This document shows positions 28,546 to 36,249 of a stretch of DNA of 40,092 nucleotides, one piece after another. Position 1 is the stretch's first letter. Every line of letters starts with the position of its first letter. Below the pieces are notes generated by a model, which ran no database searches, was not told where the DNA came from, and saw nothing but the letters and a program-made list of their open reading frames with translations. Origin of the DNA: an uncultured Methanosarcinales archaeon (GTDB taxonomy: Archaea > Nanobdellota > Nanobdellia > Woesearchaeales > CAXGTL01); assembly GCA_964535955.1 (NCBI GenBank), contig CAZHVK010000011.1, positions 1 through 40,092 of the forward strand, in the 5' to 3' direction. Both the position numbers and the translations under genes were made by a program.

Positions 28546-29013
28546 TTAATTACCACACTTACCTTCTAATTTATGTCCTTCACCAGTATATGTATATTCT
28601 GTATCTGTGTCTAAGTCTGTGTATGTAATACTAACATCAAAACTATATGCATCACCTGGACTGCAAGCTGTTACATCAATTACACCACATGTTGTTTGTT
28701 GGCCTGTTGATAAACTATTTCCACTACAAGTCATTTCTTGACCATCAACATACATATCACCCAATGATATACTATGATCTCTATTATTTCTTAAAGTAAG
28801 GTTCATGTTATCTGTAGCAGCTGAAACAGCATGAGTGATTACTGCAACATCTAATGTTTCCCAAAATGAGGAAGAAGTCCTTTGTCTTGTAGCAGTTCCA
28901 ATTCCTGGGATTCCTCCCATTACAGCAACTACAATCAAAGCAATGATTATAACAATTGCTAGAATTATCAGATATTCTGTTGCACCTTGTGCTTTATCAT
29001 TATTTAACATCAT
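28546..29013 (-). CDS. Type IV pilin-like protein, tandem paralog
   Basis: KAQGATEYLIILAIVIII; shares the YTD...GEGHKL.GKC C-terminus with its neighbour. Confidence 0.85.
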   Translation of the reverse strand: MMLNNDKAQGATEYLIILAIVIIIALIVVAVMGGIPGIGTATRQRTSSSFWETLDVAVITHAVSAATDNMNLTLRNNRDHSISLGDMYVDGQEMTCSGNSLSTGQQTTCGVIDVTACSPGDAYSFDVSITYTDLDTDTEYTYTGEGHKLEGKCGN

Positions 29014-29098
29014 ATTCACCTATTTTTACTTTATTGTTCTTATTATTTGTTTTGTGTTTTATAAATCTTTCTTTTATTTATATATAATCTCTGGGTTT

Positions 29099-29533
29099 TT
29101 ATTCTTTTAATTTATCTGTAATAAGCTTTTTTAATAATTTAATTATATGCTGATATTCTAACTTATTTCTGTCAAAAAACTCTTTTTTAACAAAAAAGCC
29201 TCTATAATCTATCTTATTCCTTATTTTTCTTAGTTCATCTATTTTTTCACATTCAAAATTTAAATCAGGATTTTGTTTTTCAAAATATCTTATTAAACAT
29301 TCATGATTAGAAGATGATAATGCATCAAGATTAAGATAAGCAGTCAATAATTCTTTGATTATTTCATAATAAGCTTCTACAACTAAAGAAGCAAATTTCT
29401 CTTTAATATTTTTACTTATAGGTTCCCAAAACTCTAGTCTTACTTCTATTAATTTCAACATATTTCTGACTCTTTCTTTGTCTTGTTCAATGTTTCTTAT
29501 TATTTTTTCACTATAGCATTTGTCTAATTCCAT
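29099..29533 (-). CDS. HEPN domain protein (paralog of 12330-12773)
   Basis: YYEIIKEL...NHECL...RNKIDYRG; GGTGA SD before ATG 29533. Confidence 0.8.
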   Translation of the reverse strand: MELDKCYSEKIIRNIEQDKERVRNMLKLIEVRLEFWEPISKNIKEKFASLVVEAYYEIIKELLTAYLNLDALSSSNHECLIRYFEKQNPDLNFECEKIDELRKIRNKIDYRGFFVKKEFFDRNKLEYQHIIKLLKKLITDKLKE

Positions 29534-29542
29534 TATTTCACC

Positions 29543-29657
29543 ATATGTGCATGGTTCGTTCGCACTTTCCAATTGATATAACAATGCACATGAAAACCCC
29601 TCGCTGTCTTACGATTCTCGTGGGTGCTCACTGGCCTTACAGGCACCATGCACATAT
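29543..29657. mobile_element. Structured element family 1, copy C, with direct repeats
   Basis: Perfect 13-bp IR ATATGTGCATGGT/ACCATGCACATAT; TATTTCACC repeated at 29534-29542 and 29657-29665. Confidence 0.85.
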
Positions 29658-29660
29658 ATT

Positions 29661-30185
29661 TCACCTAAATAATCTTAGATTACCACTTAATATAATCCCA
29701 TTTGTTATGTTATTCTTAAGCTCTTTACTCATGTATTTCAGATCCTTATCAAAAACTAGATGGATCTTTCTTTTGAGAATCTTTTCAAATTTATCAAGAT
29801 TGATTTTTTGTTGTTTTGACTGGATAAATATATCAATATCACTGTCTTTTACATCTGTTCCTTTTGCATAACCACCAAATAATATGATGACTTCTGGCAT
29901 TAGTTCATTATCTAGAAATTCAATTAAGCCTGATTCAGATATTTTAAGTTGATTAAATATTTTTTTGTATTTTTTGAAAATCTCATTTTCTGTATTTGAA
30001 TTGTAACTTTTGTATAATGTAGAAGTGTTAATCTTTATTAAACCTAGTTTAACCAGTTTTTTAAGATATATTAATACTGATTTATGTTCTAATTTGATCA
30101 TTCTACTGATCTGTCTTAATTGAAAATCTTTTATAGGATCATCAAAAAATACATTCAATACCTTATACAAATTATAATTACCCAA
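29661..30185 (-). CDS. HTH + minimal nucleotidyltransferase (paralog of 11806-12333)
   Basis: ILFGGYAKG...DSDIDIFI; N-terminal wHTH; TTG start uncertain. Confidence 0.85.
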   Translation of the reverse strand: MGNYNLYKVLNVFFDDPIKDFQLRQISRMIKLEHKSVLIYLKKLVKLGLIKINTSTLYKSYNSNTENEIFKKYKKIFNQLKISESGLIEFLDNELMPEVIILFGGYAKGTDVKDSDIDIFIQSKQQKINLDKFEKILKRKIHLVFDKDLKYMSKELKNNITNGIILSGNLRLFR

Positions 30186-30189
30186 TATC

Positions 30190-30248
30190 TGGTTTATTTT
30201 TACACCACCTGTTGAATTATTTCACCACATGGTGTAAACTAACACCAG
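30190..30248. promoter_or_regulatory. Inverted-repeat operator region of MNT-HEPN pair 2
   Basis: CTGGT..TTTACACCA ... TGGTGTAAA..ACCAG just downstream of a minus-strand TTTATATA box. Confidence 0.5.
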
Positions 30249-30298
30249 AACTATATAAATCTTTCTATTATTTTAATAGAATTCTGATAAATCTTAAC

Positions 30299-30472
30299 TT
30301 ATTTCAGTTTCTTAAGTTCTTTCTGCTTTTGTTTAAGTACTTTTTGAGCTTCTTTAATATTCTCTTGCAAAACTTTAATATAATACTTAAGATATTGTTT
30401 TCTATTCATGTGTTCAACTTTGTCTACTTCTGGTAATAAGTTTCTTCTTGTTTTTTTGATCTTTAGTTTCAT
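30299..30472 (-). CDS. Small basic coiled-coil protein (57 aa, below the ORF-track cutoff)
   Basis: MKLKIKKTRRNLLPEVDKVEHMNRKQYLKYYIKVLQENIKEAQKVLKQKQKELKKLK, translated by hand; AGGT upstream. Confidence 0.55.
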   Translation of the reverse strand: MKLKIKKTRRNLLPEVDKVEHMNRKQYLKYYIKVLQENIKEAQKVLKQKQKELKKLK

Positions 30473-30481
30473 TTTACCTAA

Positions 30482-30554
30482 CCCGCCAAGACCTTCCCCC
30501 GGCCACCCACCCCTGGTTCAATAAGGACTAAGTTCTTGGGTTGTGATCTGTTTT
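30482..30554 (-). repeat. Family 3 G-rich repeat
   Basis: Minus strand AAACAGATCACAACCCAAG...GAACCAGGGGTGGGTGGCCGGGGGAAGGTCTTGGCGGG. Confidence 0.8.
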
Positions 30555-30569
30555 TATTTATTATTATAT

Positions 30570-30607
30570 TTGCCCTTTATTTTATAAGATTTAATTGTAA
30601 AGGGTAA
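30570..30607. promoter_or_regulatory. 38-bp palindromic site downstream of fic
   Basis: TTGCCCTTTA-N18-TAAAGGGTAA; second copy at 31657-31694. Confidence 0.65.
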
Positions 30608-30614
30608 ATTATTT

Positions 30615-31622
30615 TCACACCAAAAAATTGTTCCAATAATTATCAATCAATTCTTTAGTTATAAAATTGACTACTTTTTTGAAATATTTAGGATCATTTT
30701 TATTTAAATCTATCTTATTTGCTTTTGATAGTGCATCTAAATATTCATTCCTTTTTGAATTTCTTATAATTATGGGTGGGTATTTTTTTCTCATCAATAA
30801 ATAATTCATGACCATTCTTCCTGTTCTTCCATTTCCTTCTGCAAATGGGTGTATTCTTTCAAATTTTTGATGAAACAAACTTGCTAATATTAATGGATGA
30901 AACTTTCTTTTATTTTTCTTAAGCCATTTCAACAGAATGTTCATGTCAATCTTTATATATTTTGCAGGAGAAGAATCAAATCTCGATCTAAATACTCTAA
31001 CATCATGTGTTCTATAACCTTTTCTTATATCAATATCCTGCATTAATTTATCATGTATCTTGATTATTAGTTTGTTGTTTATTCTTGCTTTTGAGTCTAT
31101 TAATTCAAAAAATAATTTTTCTGTGTTTTGAAGATCATAAACTTCTCTTAGTGTCTTGTTTTTTGGTGTCAGATTTTCTGTTAAAAGTTTTTGTGTTTCT
31201 GCTAATGATATTGTATTACCTTCTATTGAGGTTGTGTTGAATGCAAAATCTATCAAGAAATTTTTAAAAACATCTTTTTTAGTTAAATCATCTAGTTTTA
31301 AGAATACTTCTTTATAGTGTAATCTTATTGCTTCTATTTGTTCAATTACTTCTTTGTCAAGGTATTCACTTTTCTTGATCTTTAATGTTTTTGCTTTTTT
31401 AAGAAAATATTCAGATTCAATATGTTTTTTTATATTTCTGTAAGTTTTTTTAATCTCTTTTTGATATTTTTTAGGCAAATTATCAAGTTTTTTTTGGATT
31501 TTAGAAACATCACTGCCTAAATAAGCAATATCTTTTACAATTGTCTTATTTTTTACTTTTTTTGATATTCTTAAATAATAATAAGGTTTCCCATTTATTG
31601 TTTTTTTGTATAAATAAGCCAT
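30615..31622 (-). CDS. Fic family protein with N-terminal beta-rich extension
   Basis: TTSIEGN and IHPFAEGNGRTGR Fic motif; N-terminal KKTINGKPYYYL. Confidence 0.92.
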   Translation of the reverse strand: MAYLYKKTINGKPYYYLRISKKVKNKTIVKDIAYLGSDVSKIQKKLDNLPKKYQKEIKKTYRNIKKHIESEYFLKKAKTLKIKKSEYLDKEVIEQIEAIRLHYKEVFLKLDDLTKKDVFKNFLIDFAFNTTSIEGNTISLAETQKLLTENLTPKNKTLREVYDLQNTEKLFFELIDSKARINNKLIIKIHDKLMQDIDIRKGYRTHDVRVFRSRFDSSPAKYIKIDMNILLKWLKKNKRKFHPLILASLFHQKFERIHPFAEGNGRTGRMVMNYLLMRKKYPPIIIRNSKRNEYLDALSKANKIDLNKNDPKYFKKVVNFITKELIDNYWNNFLV

Positions 31623-31656
31623 ATTTAATATGAATAGTAGAACTTATATATAAATC

Positions 31657-31694
31657 TTACCCTTTATTTTCCTGAATCCACTTGTAAAGGGTAA
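31657..31694. promoter_or_regulatory. 38-bp palindromic site upstream of fic
   Basis: TTACCCTTTA-N18-TAAAGGGTAA adjacent to the fic TATA box. Confidence 0.65.
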
Positions 31695-31970
31695 TTATTT
31701 ATCTAATATATCATCAATCAATCCCAAAACATGGTCAATTTCTTTATGTACTCTTTTTTCCCAGAGCTTTATTTCAATTATTTCTTTTTTTAATTTTCTT
31801 TGTTTTTTATGTAATAATGACTCTTTTTTTTCTAATTGTTTGACTTTTTTGATTAGAAGTTGTTCTTTTCCTTTTCCACCTAGATTCTTTTTGCTTTTGT
31901 TTTTGGTTATTTTTCTAGATTTAGGTTTAGTCTTTTTCTTTTTAGTAGACTTTTTCCTCTTTTTTGACAT
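31695..31970 (-). CDS. Lys-rich coiled-coil hypothetical protein
   Basis: 91-aa ORF with a TATA box upstream. Confidence 0.6.
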   Translation of the reverse strand: MSKKRKKSTKKKKTKPKSRKITKNKSKKNLGGKGKEQLLIKKVKQLEKKESLLHKKQRKLKKEIIEIKLWEKRVHKEIDHVLGLIDDILDK

Positions 31971-32005
31971 GTTATTAATTTAATCTTACTCATATATAAA
32001 CTTTA

Positions 32006-32047
32006 CCCACATACTCCTCCCCCACCACCCTCCCTTGATTCTGTTAG
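32006..32047 (-). repeat. Family 3 G-rich repeat (3' part)
   Basis: Minus strand CTAACAGAATCAAGGGAGGGTGGTGGGGGAGGAGTATGTGGG. Confidence 0.75.
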
Positions 32048-32107
32048 TAAATATACAGAAAACTATAAATACTATTCAAACATTAATAAAATAAAAAAGA
32101 GGTAAAG

Positions 32108-32220
32108 TATGTTCATGGCTCGTTCGCATGCTCTATATTTATCTAATGTCTAATAGAGCACCTATGAAGTCTAACGAATCGAGCTATTGCTTACTGGCCA
32201 ATACTGGCGCCATGAACATA
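32108..32220. repeat. Structured element family 1, copy D
   Basis: Perfect 12-bp IR TATGTTCATGGC/GCCATGAACATA; TCGTTC-GCA ... TGC-TTACTG-GCC-AATACT-GGC. Confidence 0.85.
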
Positions 32221-32230
32221 GTAAACAAAT

Positions 32231-33175
32231 ATGCAACTAGAACTACTATACTTAATATTTGGACTAATTGGTTTGTTAATAGGAAGTGAGCTAGTCATAA
32301 GAGCTGTTCTAAACATATCTCGTCATTATAAGATATCGCACCTATTTCTAGGACTTGTGATTTTGTCAATTGGTACTGATTTGCCAGAACTGGTTGTTGA
32401 TGTGACAGGAGCAATATATAGATTGCGTGGTATTGAGACATCTGGTTTGATAGTTGGTGAAACTATTGGTACATGTTTTTCTCAAGTTGGTCTGGTTTTG
32501 GGAATAATTGCATTGTTTGGTACAATGACATTAACTAAAAAAGAAATTTTTAGAGATGGTGCAATGATGGTCAGCAGTGTTGCGTTGTTAATTCTTGCAA
32601 GTTTGGATGGAGTGATAAGTAAAACAGAAGGTTTGATATTTGTGTTAATATTTTGTCTTTATCTTTTGGTTGTTTATAGAGAAGAGCATCTTCATGAGAA
32701 GATAAAAAGAGCACCACAAGTCAAATGGTTTTGGGATGTTATTTCTATAATTGGTGGTTTTATAATAATTTACTTTGGTTCAAGTGCTGTTCTAGATAAT
32801 GGTTTAAGTTTGGCAACTTCATGGGGTGTTAGTCAAGCAATTATAGGTATTACTTTGGTTGGTTTAGGCACAAGTTTACCAGAACTTGCAATTGCATTAA
32901 ATGCTTTAAGAAAAGGTGCTGTTAAATTGTCTGCTGCTAATTTAATAGGTAGCAATACATTTGATATTTTGTTTACTTTGGGTTTAGGAAGTGCGATTGC
33001 TGGTTTTAATGTAAGTAGAAATTTATTATTATTTGATATTCCTTTGTTGTTATTGTTTTCATCCTTAGTTGTGTTCTTTTTTTACAGAAAGATGAAGATT
33101 GAGAAAAAAGAAGCAATTATTTTGTTGGTTCTGTATTTTGCTTATATTGGGATTAAGATCTTTACAAATTTATAG
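32231..33175 (+). CDS. Na+/Ca2+ antiporter (YrbG/CaCA family)
   Basis: Two alpha repeats, SIGTDLPEL and GLGTSLPEL; NLIGSN. Confidence 0.9.
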   Translation: MQLELLYLIFGLIGLLIGSELVIRAVLNISRHYKISHLFLGLVILSIGTDLPELVVDVTGAIYRLRGIETSGLIVGETIGTCFSQVGLVLGIIALFGTMTLTKKEIFRDGAMMVSSVALLILASLDGVISKTEGLIFVLIFCLYLLVVYREEHLHEKIKRAPQVKWFWDVISIIGGFIIIYFGSSAVLDNGLSLATSWGVSQAIIGITLVGLGTSLPELAIALNALRKGAVKLSAANLIGSNTFDILFTLGLGSAIAGFNVSRNLLLFDIPLLLLFSSLVVFFFYRKMKIEKKEAIILLVLYFAYIGIKIFTNL

Positions 33176-33199
33176 AACTCAAACTAATCCATAAGATTA

Positions 33200-33406
33200 A
33201 TAAAAAAATAGAATCAAAAGCATCAATGTCCGAAGTCTAAGAATCAACAAAAAATCAAATCCGAAGATCAAAAATCTTGCATCAACCCAAATTCTCCCAT
33301 TAATGCCAATGAATGAATATAAGTAGACCACAATCAAAATAATAAATCAAAAGACCTGAATCCGAAGACCCAAACCAAATGACAAATCATCTTTCAAGTG
33401 ATCCAT
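33200..33406 (-). ncRNA. Candidate structured non-coding RNA
   Basis: No ORF; three CUUCGG motifs on the minus strand, G-U-rich stems, and a TTTAAATA box ~22 nt upstream. Confidence 0.35.
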
Positions 33407-33491
33407 TTGTTAGTTTTGTATAAGTTGTATTTAAAGGTTTCTGTTTTTCTGATTTTGTTATTTTATTTTTATTAATTTTTTAAAACAGAAT

Positions 33492-33707
33492 TCACTTAAA
33501 CTTCTCCCCTTTAATCTTCAGATACTGTTCCCTTGTTATCATTGGTTTTTTGCCATTTTGAAAAATAGAATTAATCAAAACATTCTGCTGCTTAGACCAC
33601 ATTATATCAGCATGGGTCCTAACATATGCTGCCCATAGCTCAACAAATTTCATTCTGTCGAAATCATTACTTTTCCTGAATTCCTCAGCATTAAATACCT
33701 TAGTCAT
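33492..33707 (-). CDS. Small protein coupled to the NTase-like gene
   Basis: ATGA overlap with 33704-34276. Confidence 0.7.
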   Translation of the reverse strand: MTKVFNAEEFRKSNDFDRMKFVELWAAYVRTHADIMWSKQQNVLINSIFQNGKKPMITREQYLKIKGEKFK

Positions 33708-34276
33708 GTTTTTCTTAACTCTTCTTTATATTTATTAATAAGACCAACATCTAAATGTTCATAAGCAATCAATCTTATATGTTTGGCATCCTCTAAATCT
33801 TTATTTCCTTTCAAAACCTCTTCTTTATAAGCAATTTGTAATTCTAGAAATGAAGTCTTAATTTCTTTATCATTTAATCTAATTATGATTGGATTCTTTA
33901 GTGCAGCTTTATCATAAATTGTTTTAGAAAACTTCAATTCAATATTTGGTATGATTCTTGGTTCTATTGCAAATCTAACACTAGATTTAGATTCTAATAA
34001 TTCATAAGAATTATTTGTATTGTTAGAATTTAAACACCAAAAACCATCTTCAATTAATTCATTAAATAATTTAACATATTTTTCTTTATCTAATTTTGGA
34101 ATAATAATATCAATATCCTCTGTTGTTCTTGATCTGCCTAATAATATTGCTACGTATCCACTAACAATGACATAATCAGAATATTTCTTAAGTATATCTA
34201 AGAATCTAAATGTGAACTTGTCTACTTCATTTATTTCTTTATCTATTTTTATTGTTTTCTTATCTAAGAATTGCAT
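33704..34276 (-). CDS. Nucleotidyltransferase-like protein (DUF6036/AbiEii-like)
   Basis: VIVSGYVAILLGRSRTTEDIDIII and K..KDLEDA pattern. Confidence 0.7.
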   Translation of the reverse strand: MQFLDKKTIKIDKEINEVDKFTFRFLDILKKYSDYVIVSGYVAILLGRSRTTEDIDIIIPKLDKEKYVKLFNELIEDGFWCLNSNNTNNSYELLESKSSVRFAIEPRIIPNIELKFSKTIYDKAALKNPIIIRLNDKEIKTSFLELQIAYKEEVLKGNKDLEDAKHIRLIAYEHLDVGLINKYKEELRKT

Positions 34277-34342
34277 ATGTGCAGGTAAGGTTTTGATATA
34301 TATAAAGGTTTTTACAGATTTTTATGAATATATTCAAAAGAT

Positions 34343-34822
34343 TCACTTAAATTTTTCATCAACTTCTCCCATATATTCTCTAACTCTTTCAACAATTATA
34401 GGCAGAATCAGTTTTTGTAATTTTTCATCCATAATATCAACTAAACTCAGATATTCTGTAATTCTATAATTATTAGTAACTTTCTCAACCAACATAACTT
34501 CACGAAGTCGTTTCAATTGTCGTCTAATATTAGAACCAGCAACACCTAATAATTTTAATTCATTCTTTTTTCTATAATCAACTACTTTCTTCCGAACTTG
34601 TTCAGAAGAGAGATGCTTTTTCTTTTTACGATGCAATAACAAAATATTAAGAACATCCACAACAACATCTCTAGAATCTCCTGGCTGTAACAAACCTAAT
34701 GACAAACAAAGTCTTTTAACTAGACCTCTCTGTCCTAACTCGGATGGTTTTTCATATCTTCGCAGAGTAATCTCTGCTAAAGGAATGTCTCTAGAAATTG
34801 TTTGTTTTTTTACAGCCAACAT
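34343..34822 (-). CDS. Archaeal hypothetical protein, winged-helix-like
   Basis: EITLRRYEKP, SLGLLQPGDSRD, SNIRRQLKRL; GAGGTGA SD. Confidence 0.7.
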   Translation of the reverse strand: MLAVKKQTISRDIPLAEITLRRYEKPSELGQRGLVKRLCLSLGLLQPGDSRDVVVDVLNILLLHRKKKKHLSSEQVRKKVVDYRKKNELKLLGVAGSNIRRQLKRLREVMLVEKVTNNYRITEYLSLVDIMDEKLQKLILPIIVERVREYMGEVDEKFK

Positions 34823-34931
34823 ATCACCTCAATTAATAACAATAATTAATGCTAATATGTTTTAAGCAGAAATCATTTATAAATGTTTTTATTTTTTAAA
34901 AATATAGACGAGAAAAAAAGATAAAATAAGA

Positions 34932-35567
34932 TTATTTCCTTTTCTTCTTTTTCTTAACTTTTTTTACTTTTTTTCTTTTAATTGTTTTTTTCTTTTTACT
35001 TTTCTTAACTTTTTTCTTTCCAACTCTCATTGCTCTTTTAATCTTATTATTCTCAACCCTTTCAACAATAGAAAAAAATTTTTCAAGTTCAACTACTTCT
35101 TTTCTAATATTCACAATTTGAGTAGAATTATCCTGTAATTCAATCAATTGTCCACATTCAGGACATTTGAATTCAAAATCCATTGCATTTTCAAAACTTA
35201 ATCTCATACATTTTTCTTCACACATATAGAATTGTCCTCCTTGTTCTCTGATTAATCTTTCTTTTAATTTGTTTAGTCTGTCTTTTTTTAATTTTATAAA
35301 CAAGTGTCTTATTTGATTATCTTGAAAAGTCCAATAATAAATATACCATCCTTTTTTTCTATCTTTTTTTCTCATAAAGTGTACAAGATTACTTTGAAAC
35401 AACCTGTACAACATATTCCTAACAAGATTTATTTCAGTGTCCATAGCTTCAGCAATTTTAAACTCAGAAACATTTTTTTTACCTTTTATCTTCATAACTA
35501 ATTCAAACGCGTCTTCTCCTGCCACATCAGCAACAACATTTTTGATAATGTTATTAGTTATTCTCAT
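34932..35567 (-). CDS. tfe: Transcription factor E alpha subunit
   Basis: wHTH (VSEFKIAE...VRNMLYRL), KGWYIYYW, Zn ribbon (C..C...FKCPECG); Lys-rich tail. Confidence 0.9.
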   Translation of the reverse strand: MRITNNIIKNVVADVAGEDAFELVMKIKGKKNVSEFKIAEAMDTEINLVRNMLYRLFQSNLVHFMRKKDRKKGWYIYYWTFQDNQIRHLFIKLKKDRLNKLKERLIREQGGQFYMCEEKCMRLSFENAMDFEFKCPECGQLIELQDNSTQIVNIRKEVVELEKFFSIVERVENNKIKRAMRVGKKKVKKSKKKKTIKRKKVKKVKKKKKRK

Positions 35568-35588
35568 CACAACCACCACTACATGCAC

Positions 35589-35774
35589 TTAGTCTTCTTT
35601 AGCCCAATTTCTTAGACATTTAAGACTACAAAAAGTGTGTTCATCTGCCTTTTTCTTGATTCTCCAATGTGCTGTTAGCACAAAGTAATCCTTACTAATT
35701 TCTACTTGTTTTCTACAATTCTTACACTTTAGAGTCTTATCCTTCCATTTTCCTATTTTTTTATAATGTTGCAT
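35589..35774 (-). CDS. Small zinc-finger (TRASH-like) protein
   Basis: CKNC ... FCSLKCL. Confidence 0.65.
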   Translation of the reverse strand: MQHYKKIGKWKDKTLKCKNCRKQVEISKDYFVLTAHWRIKKKADEHTFCSLKCLRNWAKED

Positions 35775-35982
35775 TTTCTTCTAATACCTCTGAATCTGGT
35801 GTATTCTCACCATTTACTTGTTTTATAAGTGTTTCATATTCTTTTTCAAGTGATTGTAAGTATGGCAATTTACCAGGATTAAGCTGATTATGTTCTTTAT
35901 CCCATTGTAATTTAGCTATCACTGGCTTGATATCATCCATTCTTTGCTTAATTTGATCTAAATTTTCAGTTTCCATTTTCAA
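35761..35982 (-). CDS. Hypothetical protein
   Basis: 73-aa ORF with AGGTTGA SD; overlaps the next gene. Confidence 0.65.
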   Translation of the reverse strand: MKMETENLDQIKQRMDDIKPVIAKLQWDKEHNQLNPGKLPYLQSLEKEYETLIKQVNGENTPDSEVLEENATL

Positions 35983-36249
35983 CCTATTTAATAGTATATT
36001 GATTATTATGACTACTTAATTTATCTAAAAGCCTTTCTCAGAGCCCCCTACCTATTTAAGCCCTATTTCAGCCTTATCTAAGCCAAATAATCTCCTCATC
36101 CCTTTTTTAAAGTATGATTCTATATATATTTATGTAACGCAAGCTATTTAAATGTTTCTATTTTTAGATGTCTTTTTATTACTTATAAGTGAAATGATTA
36201 TAATAAACTATAGAAAAAGATATAAATCCAAAGTCTTTTCTATTTAATT

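Noticed and set aside
29545..29871. 108-aa plus-strand ORF, and N-terminal extensions of HEPN (to 29584) and AbrB (to 25702)
   Set aside because: They read through the non-coding family-1 elements; better starts exist at 29533 (with SD) and 25672.
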